DNA of 63,802 nt, the filler included, from Cercozoa sp. M6MM (taxonomy: Eukaryota; Protista; Endomyxa: Ascetosporea): the NCBI GenBank assembly GCA_040357565.1. It is 10 parts of 10 records of this genome, joined end to end, with 100 filler letters (N's around TTAATTAATTAA, not from the genome) between each part and the next. Parts side by side here need not be neighbours in the genome. Positions count along the whole stretch, not along the records: positions 8,761 to 18,414 come from JBDODJ010000469.1; positions 18,515 to 22,194 come from JBDODJ010001353.1; positions 22,295 to 26,706 come from JBDODJ010001142.1; positions 26,807 to 53,063 come from JBDODJ010000151.1; 6 more parts are not named here. One strand, written 5' to 3'. The notes under the pieces are model-generated. The model saw nothing but the letters and a program-made list of their open reading frames with translations. It ran no database searches and was not told the origin of the DNA. The translations under genes and the position numbers were made by a program. Within the stretch, counting starts at the first letter, position 1. Every line of letters starts with the position of its first letter. Below are positions 18,387 to 30,785 of this stretch, piece after piece.

Positions 18387-18514
18387 GTGTTTAGCCTTCT
18401 TTACCCCTCTGTTTNNNNNNNNNNNNNNNNNNNNNNNNNNNNNNNNNNNNNNNNNNNNTTAATTAATTAANNNNNNNNNNNNNNNNNNNNNNNNNNNNNN
18501 NNNNNNNNNNNNNN

Positions 18515-18562
<48 letters not shown>

Positions 18563-18599
18563 CGTGTATGTGTATGTGTGTGTGTGTGTGTGTCCGCAG

Positions 18600-20436
18600 A
18601 TGCAGACACGCGCAGTCAGTGGCGTCTGAACACGCACTACGCCGCCGAGTTGTTGTCGATTTTTGTCGCTTTCGCGGCTGCCCATGTCGCCTCGGGTACA
18701 CTGCGTCCTGATAACATGACGTGTCTTCTCGACTGTGCCTTGTGTGTTCCTCTGTGCAGACAAACAGTACGATGCACTGCGCGAGTTGCCGCACTTTTTG
18801 ACGAATGCGGGTGCCGTCAAGACCATCGTGAAGCTGCTCGAACGAGACATTCTCAAGAGCAAATCTGGTCAACACGATGATGAACAGTACCTGTTTTTTA
18901 ATCCCTTCCTTCCTTGTTAGTCTTTATCTTGCCTGTCCCTACCCCTGTAGGAAGGAGTTCTACGCCAATCTGATGGACACATTGAGTGGCATTCTGCTGA
19001 GCGACAAGCGTACTCTGCTGCTCTGTGGGACTCTCCCAGTCAAGTGTTATGATACACAAACATGCAGACCAGATGGAGAGGACAGCACAGGACGTTCTGT
19101 GCAACAGTAAGAAGGTAGCACCTTCCCCTTGTACCTACAGACACATAGTCTCACTGTGTCTTATGTATGTGTATGTGTGTCATACTTAGGGCTACAAGAC
19201 GCTGAACAAACTGCTGCGCTGGACGTCCTTCACGCGTGCAGGTGCATTCATCCAGATACTCATCTATTATCTTGTGCTGTTGTTTGACAGCTTGGTTTCG
19301 ACAGGCGTACTCAAGGTGCTGGACTGTGCACTGACTGACAACAGCAAGGCCTGCGTGGCCTGGGTGGACTCCAAAGGCTTCAAGGTGCTCTTCCCGGTGC
19401 TCCTGGCACTGGCCAAGAAGCAGCGTTTCTCTGTCGAGGAAGTTGAGTGTCAGCGCGTATGCTTCTCTTGACGTTTCTCCCTGGTCATCCGTTGCTTGTA
19501 CAAGTGTGTGTGTTTTTGGGCAGCACCTGGTCTCGTTGGTGCAGCACCTGTTCGAAAACCTCACAGGCGTGTACTTTGCGCGTCTGTTGCACAAGTTCGC
19601 CGAGAAGGACTGCGAGAAGACGCGTGCCCTGGTCCCTTTACACTTTGTGCTTAAACACTGTGTTTTAACACTGTGCTTTAACACTGCACTGTTTAATACT
19701 GTGCTTTAACATCGTGTGTGCTTAACACTGTGTGCTTTACCATTGTGTGTGCTTTAACATTGTGTGTGCTTAACACTGTGTGCTTTAGCACTGTGCTATG
19801 TCATACAGGTGCGACTGCACGCACATGTGCACACGCGACTGGACCAGATCAAGGCGCAAGGACCCGAGGCTCTGCGTGAGCAGCCAACACTCTTGGAGCA
19901 GTTGGAGTCGGGTACATCTCGAACTCTCAAAAGGGGGAGGGGGGATTGTTACTTTGTTTTCTGTGTGATGTATCATCAGTGTCAATGTATGATCAGGTCT
20001 GGTGCTACGACAGCAGATCGACATGTGTCTCGCCTTCTTGCTGACCAGTGGCAGCACGGCACTCACAGTCGGCGTTGTCAGCACGCTCCGATCGTACCCT
20101 GTGTGCATGTGTTCTTGGTGGTCTGTATGCGTGTGTGCAGTGAGAACTCAAGTGTGGCCCGTGTGGCCGCCTCATTGTCGCAATACCTCGCCGAGACCGA
20201 GAGCGACGAGACGCAGGAAGAGGAGAGCAAAACTAACGCGACACGTGGCACTCTCAACCGACGCCGCATCGCACAGAATTTGCTTACGGTGATTTTATTT
20301 TTAATTTTGCTCTTGTCTTCGTGTTTTTGTTTGTGTCGACTTGCTTTGGACTTTGGTGCAGATGCTACAAACGGCTGCCACTGTCGTTGTTGAAACCTCG
20401 GAACAGGTACAGGGTTTACCTCGAGTTCGCAAGTGA
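18600..20436 (+). CDS. CTNNBL1: Beta-catenin-like protein 1 (Prp19 complex), C-terminal part
   Basis: HYAAELLSI, EFYANLMDTL, LKVLDCAL, WVDSKGFKVLFP, RLLHKFAEKDCEK, LEQLESGLVLRQQID. Confidence 0.8.
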
Positions 20437-20984
20437 TTTTCTGGGAACATGTTCTCAGGTCAACGGCAACGAACCACAAGCGACCACAGTCCCGGAGAAA
20501 TAGAGTCGAATTCGTTGAGCTCAAGTACACATCGAGTGAAGTCGTTCGCTTTCGTTTCAGTTTTCCTGTCAGATCATGATCACCGTTCCCGCTCCGACAA
20601 TGGGGAAGCGAAATGTCAGATTTTGAGAGCTATTCAACTCGCGCGGGTCCTTTAATTGACGTTTAGGCAGCTTGACAAACCGCTAAGAATGCCAGCGAGG
20701 AATCGTCGCGTCCGGATACCACAGGCTCCATCCAGGTCAAGTGTCACGCCAGATCGTGACGTGACGAACCAGAGTGCTCGTGTCAGCTAAACAGGCCTGA
20801 CACGTACTTCGTCTCGCTCACTCGCTCAGCTCTAGTTTCGCTCTTTTACTTTGTATACACAGCTGCTGCCTGCGTGCACCAGTCATCTCGTCCCCTCTCT
20901 CCCTCTCTCTCACACACACGCACTGTTAGGACTCGACCTGGCCCTTGCCTCTGCGAAGCAACTCACTGAAGTCCCTCTGAACCC

Positions 20985-22194
20985 ATGAAGCTCGCTCTTG
21001 CCTCGATCGCTGCCGCTGCTGTCTCGGGTGCGCAGTTCGGCCAGTCTGCCATGCCGCCTCTCAATCTGGTGCGTTGACTCTGTGTCTCCTGTCGGCAGGC
21101 AGTTCCAGTGTGCACTCCAACTGACACTGCTTTTATACTCACTGTGTGTGCATGCGATGCGTGTGTGCACGTTGATGTGTGCATGTGCATGTGCAGTCAG
21201 CCATGCCGCCGAGCGGCAACTCCATGCCGCCTGCTGCTCCCATGGTAACTCACACAGTACAGATAGTAAGTTTACACAGCACAGTACAATAGTACAGTAC
21301 GGTATGAGAGTACAACTTTAGAGTAAATTTACAGATACATGTGTACTGTACTGCACTGTACTGCACTGTGCTGCACCCAACTCCCCGTGTGTCCTGCCTG
21401 GCCAGACGGCACGCGTGATGCCGCCGATGTCGGCCAAGGTTGTCAACGCTGTCCCGGCGAGCGGCAGCAACCGCATGCTGGAGGCACTGGACCTGGCAGC
21501 ACCGGCTGCACGCAAGTACGGCTACGGTGGCTACGGAGGTGGCTACGGAGGCGGCTACAGCAGCAGCGATGGCTATGGCTACGGCGGTGGCTACGGCGGT
21601 GGCTACGGAGGTGGCTACGGAGGTGGCTACGGTCACGGCGGCGGCGGTCGAAAGCACGGCTACGGCGGTGGCTACGGCAGCAGTAGCGACTACGGCTACG
21701 GCGGTGGCTACGGTGGCTACGGCTACGGCGGTCGCAAGAACTACGGTCGTTACGGTACCTCACCTCACCTTGGCCCCACCTTCCCTTCCCTTCCGTTGGC
21801 CATATATATCTAGATACAACTTCTATATAAATCTATATATTACAACTTTATATAAAACTTACGTATATACAAATGTATATATAAATATATATATAAGTTT
21901 ATAGATATATATATATATATATATACTCTACACACTGACCTCCTCCTACCCTCTCTCTCTCTTCTTCCCTCCCTCCCTCCACACACAATCGCTGCAAACT
22001 GAACTGCACTGAACTGACTGAACCATCCCTACTGCTGCTGCAGACAACTGCGGCGGCGGCAACTGCCGTCCGCACAAGCACTACGGCGGCGGCTACGGCG
22101 GCGGCTACAGCTCGAGTGCCTACGGCTACGGAGGTGGCTACGGCGGTGGCTACGGAGGCTACGGAGGTGGCTACAGCTCGAGTGGCTACGGCAA
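20985..22194 (+). CDS. Secreted Gly/Tyr-rich repeat precursor protein, 3' end truncated
   Basis: Signal-like MKLALASIAAAAVSG, MPP-rich pro-region, YGGG repeats punctuated by RK; 4 exons joined at GT-AG. Confidence 0.85.
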
Positions 22195-22347
22195 NNNNNN
22201 NNNNNNNNNNNNNNNNNNNNNNNNNNNNNNNNNNNNNNTTAATTAATTAANNNNNNNNNNNNNNNNNNNNNNNNNNNNNNNNNNNNNNNNNNNNTAGGTA
22301 GGTAGGTAGGTAGGTAGGTAGGTAGGTAGGTAGGTAGGTAGTTAAAC

Positions 22348-23211
22348 GGTGTACAGAGCTTGCTCGACTTCGCGGGCGTGCTGCCAGTCGAACTCGGACT
22401 CGTCTGACACACACACACACACACACACACCACACACCACACACACACACACAACAGCAATAACATGAGGAGACAGAATCCTCGACCCCTGAGTCAGCAG
22501 TACAGGTAAGAAATACCGGTGTCACCGACGAGATGCTTTCGCCACGCAGCATCCACTCGTTCCATCAAGGGCAGCATCGGTGCTGCGTAGACACACAGAC
22601 ACACACAGACACATACACAGACACACACAAACACACACAAACACACAGACACACAGACACACAGACACACAGACACAGACACACACAGACACACACAGAT
22701 CCGAACTAACACCAAACCAGACTAAATCAGGCTAAGAATACTGTACCACCAAACTCCTTCAAAGGTTTCGGCTTGTCCTCGTCGAGAACGCAAACGACAG
22801 CATCGTTCGGGGTTTCCTTCTGGCAGTTGGCATCATCTCCGAAGAATGCGGCATTCAACGCGGCGTACTGCTCGGCGCGTTGCTACCCCCAGATACCTCT
22901 CATGACCAGACCAAAAATACACGACAGTAAAATACAACAGCGCGGAACCCACCAAACTGGCAAACAGCAGAACGTTGCGCAGAGCGTACAATCGTTGCTC
23001 CTTGCTCAAATCGTCGGAGCACAGCAATGAGCACGCCAACGAGATCGCTGAAAAACACAAACAACACAACTGAATAGCGCGCGCAACTGCTGCTTTCGCA
23101 CCAACAGCATTGATTAGAAGACAAAGTACGGTCGGTGTCGACACGAGCACGACATAGGATGTCGTTGAGACGGTGCGCTAATTGCCCATGCCAAATCTCA
23201 TCGACTCTCAT
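22348..23211 (-). CDS. Hypothetical multi-exon protein, N-terminal part
   Basis: ATG 23211 with short exons bounded by GT/AG; no recognisable domain. Confidence 0.4.
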
Positions 23212-23992
23212 CGGACCAGCTCACGTGCCACGCCGGAAAGATCAGGTCCGATAATAAACTGACGCCTGTCTCCGAACCACCTATAAAGCGTGCGAGCACG
23301 ATATAATTTCGTCTGGTATGCACCTGCACTAACCTTATCCTTCTCTAACGCGAGCAACACTACGCTCTGCATCGGCTCATTTTTTCTCTTCTGGCTCCAA
23401 AAGAGTGATCATGAGTGGTGATACTACAAGTTCTGGATGGGGTGGTAGTTTTTTCCATCCGCCCATCTCCTTCGCGCTGTCCCTCTTCACTGTGCGATCT
23501 GGTGACTTAATATATATTATGCTTGCAGTCGCAGCAGCATCTCGCCAAAATAAATTTAAGTACGCACTACAAAACTGAACGCCGCTGTCGCTGCCGGAGG
23601 AACAAACTAGAAGCAAAGGTGTCGATCCCACTGAGAATCCAGGAAGAAGAAAATTTACTGCATCGATCCGGAGTCCCACATGCAAAGAATACCGACAGTG
23701 AGACGCTCACCGCCGAAACGAGTGTGCACCGGATCGCGGTACCTTTTGCACAGCAGGATGGCGGGGGAAATCGAACTGATCGATCGAGAATGCGTTTGTG
23801 TTTTGCCATTTAAGACTGCACACTTGCGTGCAAGCGCGTTCTTTCTGCAAAAGCAGGGTGTTTAGCGTTTTCCTCCCGGTCAAGGCGTGCGTGGGCAGAT
23901 CCGGGTGATCCCGTCGTTGCGTCTCCTGAGTCAACCGAACTTGCAGCCCAGCGGATCAGCAGCCGCGCGCGGCGAACTGGACACGTGCAAAT

Positions 23993-25512
23993 ATGGGTTG
24001 CAATGTCTCCAAGATTTCTCCGGGTGTCGCATCGGTCGGACAACGGCAGCACTCGGGAAGACTCAAGTTGCTGCGCCGACTGCGCTCGCACCGTTGCGTT
24101 GCGGTGTCGGACGACTCAGGCGCCAAGTGCCGCGGCAAAGGCAGGCCAAAGAAGGCGTCGTCGCTGTGGAGTCGCAGCAAGAGCAAGCTGCAGAAGGCGA
24201 CAGGCAGCGGCAAGACTGCCGACTGCCGGACTCCCGACTTGCGCGGCTGGCACGAGTCGCGGCCGGAGCGGCGGCGCAGAAGCAGCATTCGCCGCGAGCA
24301 GCTAGAGATTGCTCTGGCGGCACCGCACTTTGTGAGCAGCGCCAGCAGTCTCTTTGGCTCGAGTGCACATACCGATCAGTCTCTCTTGGACCTCGAGTCA
24401 CCAAGAAGTTTCAGAAGGTACGGCGGCATTACACTCAGTGTGTAAATTTACAGCATCAAGCATGAAATTATACTGATGCAGTACAAGACACTACCTTTTT
24501 TGCTTTTGTTAGCGCACGCAGTCGGCGACGCCGACTCAGCGACGGCGCCTTGCTCTGCGACAGTTCGCGCAGTTTCGTGGGTTCGCTGGTTGCTTTGGGT
24601 ACGTGAATTCAGAGGATAGTGACTTTCCATGCCAGCGGTTGAAATTAGTAATACTTTCTCTGTGTTACCGCAGACGCAGACCAGCAGGAGAGCTCCAAGC
24701 GCAAGCAAGAGGAAGAGTCGTTCAACGCCAGTGTGAAGAAACGCTGGCTGTCACAGCCAGCTCAATCAGGTGTTGGCGGCGAAGGCGAGGACACACGAGG
24801 CGACTCGTCACTCTCGATCGTTGAGTTCTCCGGCGATGACAGCGACAGCGACAGCGAGTGCTCCTCGGCGTGCGCTTCGTTCTCGTCGAGCGTCGTGCAG
24901 GTGCGCGTGCAGCGGTGCGCGACACTGGACGAGCGACAAGAAGACTTACAGGCTGGATTCTACCTCGACGAGGAAGACCTGCGCTCGCAGTGTGCCACGG
25001 CAGGCACGACGTCGCCCAGCTCACCGGTGCCGCTGCAGCAGTCAGAAGAAGCACATGTACACGACCCTCTGCGACAGCGACGTCGCATGCAGCTGCCACC
25101 TATCGAGTTCCGCTCGACACTACGCAGCGGTCACGAGTCGGCCTTCCGACAGGTGCGCAACACGCTGCCGATCTCGCGACTCAAGTACCACAATGACGTG
25201 AGACTTGCGACTCCCCATTCTTCCGGTACTGAGTCTTGTTGTATTCTGACAGTAAGCTTAGGAAAATACGTCTGACTGTGTGTAGAGCCACCCCTGGTGA
25301 CAGACGACTTGTTCCGCGAGGAGAACAAGGAAGTGCTCCCACCTGCACTGGCCAGCACGACGCGCAGCGTCGCTGACAAGCACTTTGACTTCTTGCTCGC
25401 CAAGTCACTGCCGCAGATTGGGTCGAAAGCGACTCACGCCGCTGCGACTGGAGTCAACTCAAAGAACGGCAAGACCATGATGACACGAACGCAGACCGAA
25501 ATTTCTCTTTAG
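23993..25512 (+). CDS. Hypothetical protein with N-terminal MGCxxS acylation motif
   Basis: MGCNVSK start; exons in ORFs 23993.., 24733.. and 25297..25512. Confidence 0.65.
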
Positions 25513-25872
25513 CTACTAGCGTATATAGTCTCTAATTGGAGTGTCTCAGCCGTCAGCAACGCTGGTACTGTACTATATAGTACGGTCCGCCGGCAGCTGC
25601 GAACGCAACTTTCAGTTTGGACTGTTTAGACGTTTAGACAAGAATCCCGTCTGCTCGGGGACTCCGTTTAACTAACGCCGGGAGAGGCTCGCTCATGAAT
25701 GCGATCCGATACGGTATCTATCGTAATCGAATATGCCCGCCACACCAATCAGTATGTTCTGACGTGAGCGCAGGTACGTAGAACTAGACTAAAGGCATCA
25801 AGACAGTCTAGCAGCACCCACGCCATAGGGACGCGGCGGGTCGATCCCAAGCCGGGCGCCCGACGCGTCCAT

Positions 25873-26134
25873 CTACATGACCGAGTAGCGACCAGAGGTG
25901 GCGCCAGAGAGTTCCTCCCCTGCAATAGAAACTCATAAGGAGGGCAGGGAGAGGGCAGGGGTAAGATCAGGTAGGGTGAGGGTACACTTGGCGATACGCC
26001 GGCGCAGCTCGTTGACAGCACCGCGCACATCGACCATCTGACAAGACAGGTGCAGACAAGTAAGGTGCAGACAAGTAGACAAGTAGACAGGTAGACAGGT
26101 AGACAGGTAGACAGGGATAGAGATAGATAGATAT

Positions 26135-26170
<36 letters not shown>

Positions 26171-26655
26171 GCAGATAGATAGATAGATAGGGAGATAGAT
26201 AGATAGATAGGCAGATAGATAGATAGGGAGATAGACGGGTAGTTGGGTAAAGTAGACAGGTAGCACGAGAGCAGGGGTACCCGACTGCCCTGCACGATGA
26301 GGTGCAGCGGCTGCTCGCCAGGCCCAGGCGTGCGGTTCTTGGTGACGTGCGTGCCGCGCACCTTGATCACCACGTGTCCGTGCAGCTCGAGGATCTGCTT
26401 GCGGCACTCCTTGGACAGCAGCTGCTGCCGCGTGTACGGCGCCAGGTCGTTGATGTTGATCGTGATGGCGTGGTGGTCCACTCTGCCTCGGGGGGAGGGG
26501 GTAAACAGGGGCCCCCCCCGGGCCCCAAACAGGGGGATAAACAGGGTAAAGTACCCGTGCAGCACCGCGCCTTCCACGTCGGCACTCTCGCCGACACGCT
26601 GCATGATACTTTTCGCCAGCGACTGCACTGCCGACTGCGTGCCGATCTGCGATGG
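25873..26655 (-). CDS. DDX46: DDX46/Prp5 RNA helicase, C-terminal KH-like region
   Basis: ININDLAPYTRQQLLSKE..VRGTHV..PGPGEQPLHLIVQG..VRGAVNELRR and terminal GRYSVM*. Confidence 0.75.
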
Positions 26656-26875
26656 TAGGGGGGTAAACAGGGGGGTAAACAGGGGGAGGGGTAAACAGGG
26701 GGGGGGNNNNNNNNNNNNNNNNNNNNNNNNNNNNNNNNNNNNNNNNNNNNTTAATTAATTAANNNNNNNNNNNNNNNNNNNNNNNNNNNNNNNNNNNNNN
26801 NNNNNNGGGCGGTGGCTGTGGGGGGGTTTTTCCCCCCCCCCCTTCTCCCCCCCTCTCCCCCCCCCCCCTGGTCAG

Positions 26876-27022
26876 ATGATGACGGGCGCCGCCAAGAGCA
26901 TGTGCGTGCCGTATGTCGAGAAGCCGTCGGAAGATGTGACGCAGCACTGCTGCTTCGAACCGACATGCCGTGCGCAGGGCACCAAGGCCAAGGCGTGGAC
27001 CATGTTCGGCCGCTCCTACTAA
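26876..27022 (+). CDS. Prolyl-tRNA synthetase, last exon
   Basis: GAAKSMCVPY...CCFEPTC...AKAWTMFGRSY*, the eukaryote-type ProRS C-terminus. Confidence 0.9.
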   Translation: MMTGAAKSMCVPYVEKPSEDVTQHCCFEPTCRAQGTKAKAWTMFGRSY

Positions 27023-27989
27023 CTGCTGCGACGCACCTGCAACGTCGGTACTAGTTGGCAAACAATGGTTTCCACATGCACACGCGCACCTCGTTACCGT
27101 TACGTCTCAGTCCGTCCAGTCTATCATACCGGACGGTAGTTTTACCTGGCATGTGTTTTGCCTGGCATGTGGACGGCAGCTTGCGTTGCGTTGCAGTATG
27201 GGAGGAGGTAGTTTCCTTACTTCCAAACCTCCGTCGCTCTCAGATTTCAAGGTGCTGTCACGGCTCGGGATGTGGGGTTAATTGTGACATTCAGTAGGCT
27301 GATACTGAAAACGTAGGTAACTTACAACCCCGCACTGTTCAGAGAGGGCTCTCGCGTGCAGCGGGCGTGCTTAACGTAGATTGGGGATACGCAAGCACAG
27401 TCGTCGCTGACCGAAATAACCAACCTAGCGCACATAAATTTACTAGGACTCTGACTCAAGGGTTTCCCAGGTCCTCTCAGTTTGGCTAGTGCCATCCGCT
27501 TCAACACGGACACGGTACAGTACCCAAGTGTTTTCCTCGACATGCACTGGAAATTGAAACAAACTGGAAATAGAAACAAACCCCGGTAGAACTGTTCAAT
27601 ACCGATACACCGACAGTACAGTCAAGTCACGAAAGAGTCCTAGCTGATAGACAGCTGACAGCAGCTAGATTCTGTACTAATAAGTTCTCGAGATCGAGAT
27701 CCGTATCGCTTAGTATTGAATACTAATTCCCGTCCCAGTGACTCAGGCTGGCAGTTTTTACTTTTTGATCGTTCCCGCTTTCCCGGGTCGTGGCGAGTAT
27801 CCATCTTAGGTCGGGGTTCTGCTGGTGCGTTTACTCGTACGCGTATTCCTCTGGGCACGAGCGACGACATTGACAACGCGAACTTCGAATTCACGGCACC
27901 TCGCATCGACAACGTTTAGAATTCGGCGCAAGAACACAAGGTTGCTTGCTGGGAGTGTATTGACACAATAAACGAATCTTCGTTACTAT

Positions 27990-28356
27990 GTACAGTAACG
28001 TGTACCGTGCAAGAATAGGGTAGCGATAGTGAGCAAGCATCGAATGGGGGACCAAGCAGTCGGTCTATCGGCATAGTTAGGTTTGTACTGCACAGGGAGC
28101 GCTACTAGGTCTTAAATTGTAAGACATATCGAAGGAACGGTTTTACGAAGGAATAGTGAGAGCGACTTCTTTCGAGATTGGTCCGTTTCTGGGAAGGAGG
28201 CATACAGTATGACAATTTACAGGTAAATTAACAGTAGTTCAACTTGCGGTTTAAACGAGACATGCATGTGCATTTCCTGTATTCTTGGTGCAGTTTTACC
28301 GCATCTTGGACACACGTAAAAAGGCCCAAACGTGCACGCCTCTATATATCGCTACA

Positions 28357-28429
<73 letters not shown>

Positions 28430-30580
28430 NNNNNNNNNNTGTGTAAACTGTCAGTGTACTGTGTACCTGGCCACCAGTGTCAGAGCAACAAGAACAATGG
28501 TGATCAAAAGCCAATCGGTCTGTGACGTGCTGTCACTCGCACTTTCCGGTTCGCAGCTTCGTTGCACAACCCGCATGCATGCCATATTTTCTTTTAGTTG
28601 TTTCAGGCTTTTTCGAAACACGAGCGTTCCTGGCAACGACACACGCACAGTCAGTTGCCCAGGTGACACAGACGGAACAGCTACCACAGCACAAGATCAT
28701 CAGAATCAGCAGTATCTCAACCGTCACTTCGTATCGCAATTGTAAAAAGGCAGGGTGGAAACAAATTCAACTTATTTTTTGAATTGTCACAGAAATTTAC
28801 TCAGCACTTGCGTCACAGTGAAGTTCTCCCGAGGCCAATTCCCCCAGATGGCAAACGACACTCCAAACGCCCAAATGCAAGCGCATAAATTGACCCCCAG
28901 TATGAACACACCTGTACGTTTGCATCTGTTTGGTTGTTGTTTTTGGTCGCACACAAACTGAACCCCATCACAGCTCAACCCCCGGAAGAAGTCAAATCAA
29001 CTCCGCGCCAAGCGCCAAGGGAGCAGCTCACTTACCGAAGTGCTTAGACTTGTCTGAGAGTATTAGTCGAAGCGCGTTATCGGCACAGTTGTACAGACAC
29101 TTGCTGCATTGACATATCAAACTAAATTTATATTGCATTCAGACCGATCGGGGCAAAACCCCCTCAGTCGAAGTCCTGTAATTTCGTTTAATATACCAAC
29201 TGCCTGTGCTTTCTTGAATGGCACCAGGTTGTTCGTAGAACAGCGACGAGTTCAGCAAATATTTAGATCCGCGTAATAGATTCGTCACCTATTTTCTCGA
29301 CATTTATTAAAACTAAATCCAAATTACAATCAATTTTTACATTAGTTTAAGTCAACTTAAAATTCAACTTTACATGAAGGAACTGCGCAGTGTATTCGAG
29401 CCAACTCAGGAGATTGAGAAGCACACTGCATTCATTTTCAATTCAGTTCAGTTGGAAGTTTCACTGGCAACTAACGGTGCTTTTATATTTACCTTGCAAT
29501 TAACATCGAATATATTCCTAGCTGTGACCGACAGTCGACGCTGTAGACGATTAACAAAAAGCTGGTCACTACCAAATTCCACAGTGTCCAAACCTATTAA
29601 TGTATACATGTGTGTGTGTGTAAACTTAGTATAAAAAGGATGATCAAGTAAGTTTAAAGTAAATTACCAACCATACAGCAAGCTTGCTGATGCATCGTGC
29701 TGGTGTATCCAATGCAGCTTTTGCGTTCCCAAAGCACTCTCGTTGACGCAGTGGATAGTCGGATGAGTTCAAATGACTGCATCGTTCTTCGATACGCCAA
29801 AACGCAGTATGCTAGTGACGCAATACCGAACAACATGAGTATTGACTGCTCTGTAATGTTAAGTGCTCGTCCGACTTCGCCTTTCACCAAGAGCTGTTTG
29901 GTCGCAAATGAGAGCGAATCAAACGGTTCGATTTTTCCTTGTTAAATTAAATGTCTTCAGTTTGTACCCCAAAAACGTTGCCATATCTCTCATCCTTCTG
30001 TGCGATAAGCTCTGCTGCCTCAGCCATTCAAAGCTCGCTAAATCCTACAGTGAAAGCGCGGGACCTGCACAAAGTTCAAAATTGTAGCAGACAGCGAAGG
30101 GTCAGACATACAAGCCGCGCGGACAAGCACTGATCCTGTTGTGATCTTAGTCATCGTACATGAAGATGAGGCTCCGAGCTCACAGTATGCATGTAAATTA
30201 GTATGTATTCCACACCTCCTAAAAGTGTGTCGAGTGATGTTGGTGTTGCGAGATTGCCAATGCAAATCTTAGTGGAGAAAATGACTAAAGGAAAGTAAGA
30301 ACGAAAGGTCGTTTAAGCTAGTGTTCGTCCGACGTCTCAATACAGCCGAGAGTGTAAAAGAGGTTTGTTCGACAGAATTCAACAACATACTAAGCCCTCC
30401 TGCCTGCTCAAGATAGAGCAAGTCAGTTGCAGTTGCTTTGGTATCAAGTACCCTGATATCTGGAAGGAGTGTTGTTTTTAATTCTTGAAGCAGTTTCGAG
30501 CTGCTCGCCACTTCGACCGAACTTAAGGTATGCCAAGCTAAACACTTAATTGATAAATTATCAACTCTCGACCATGGCAA
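27990..30580 (-). CDS. Possible divergent multi-exon, multi-pass membrane protein (boundaries uncertain)
   Basis: Several GT/AG-bounded segments encode TM-like stretches (ILMLFGIASLAYCVLAY, VFILGVNLCACIWAFGVSFAIW, EILLILMILCCG, WLLITIVLVALTLVA). Confidence 0.35.
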
Positions 30581-30785
30581 AACACTTCACTTCATATTGG
30601 CATATGACTGAGATGTACTTCCACGCGGAGGAAGTAGTCAGCCGAGTAAGTTTAGATCGATTGATGTTGACAGCAACATTGGGATTTCTTTAACCTGCCA
30701 GATTGCCAGTGCAGTCAGCTCCCAAGTGAGTGAGTGTTTCATCAGTTAAGTTTACAGTTCCTTCGGTTTAAGTTTACAGTTGGTA

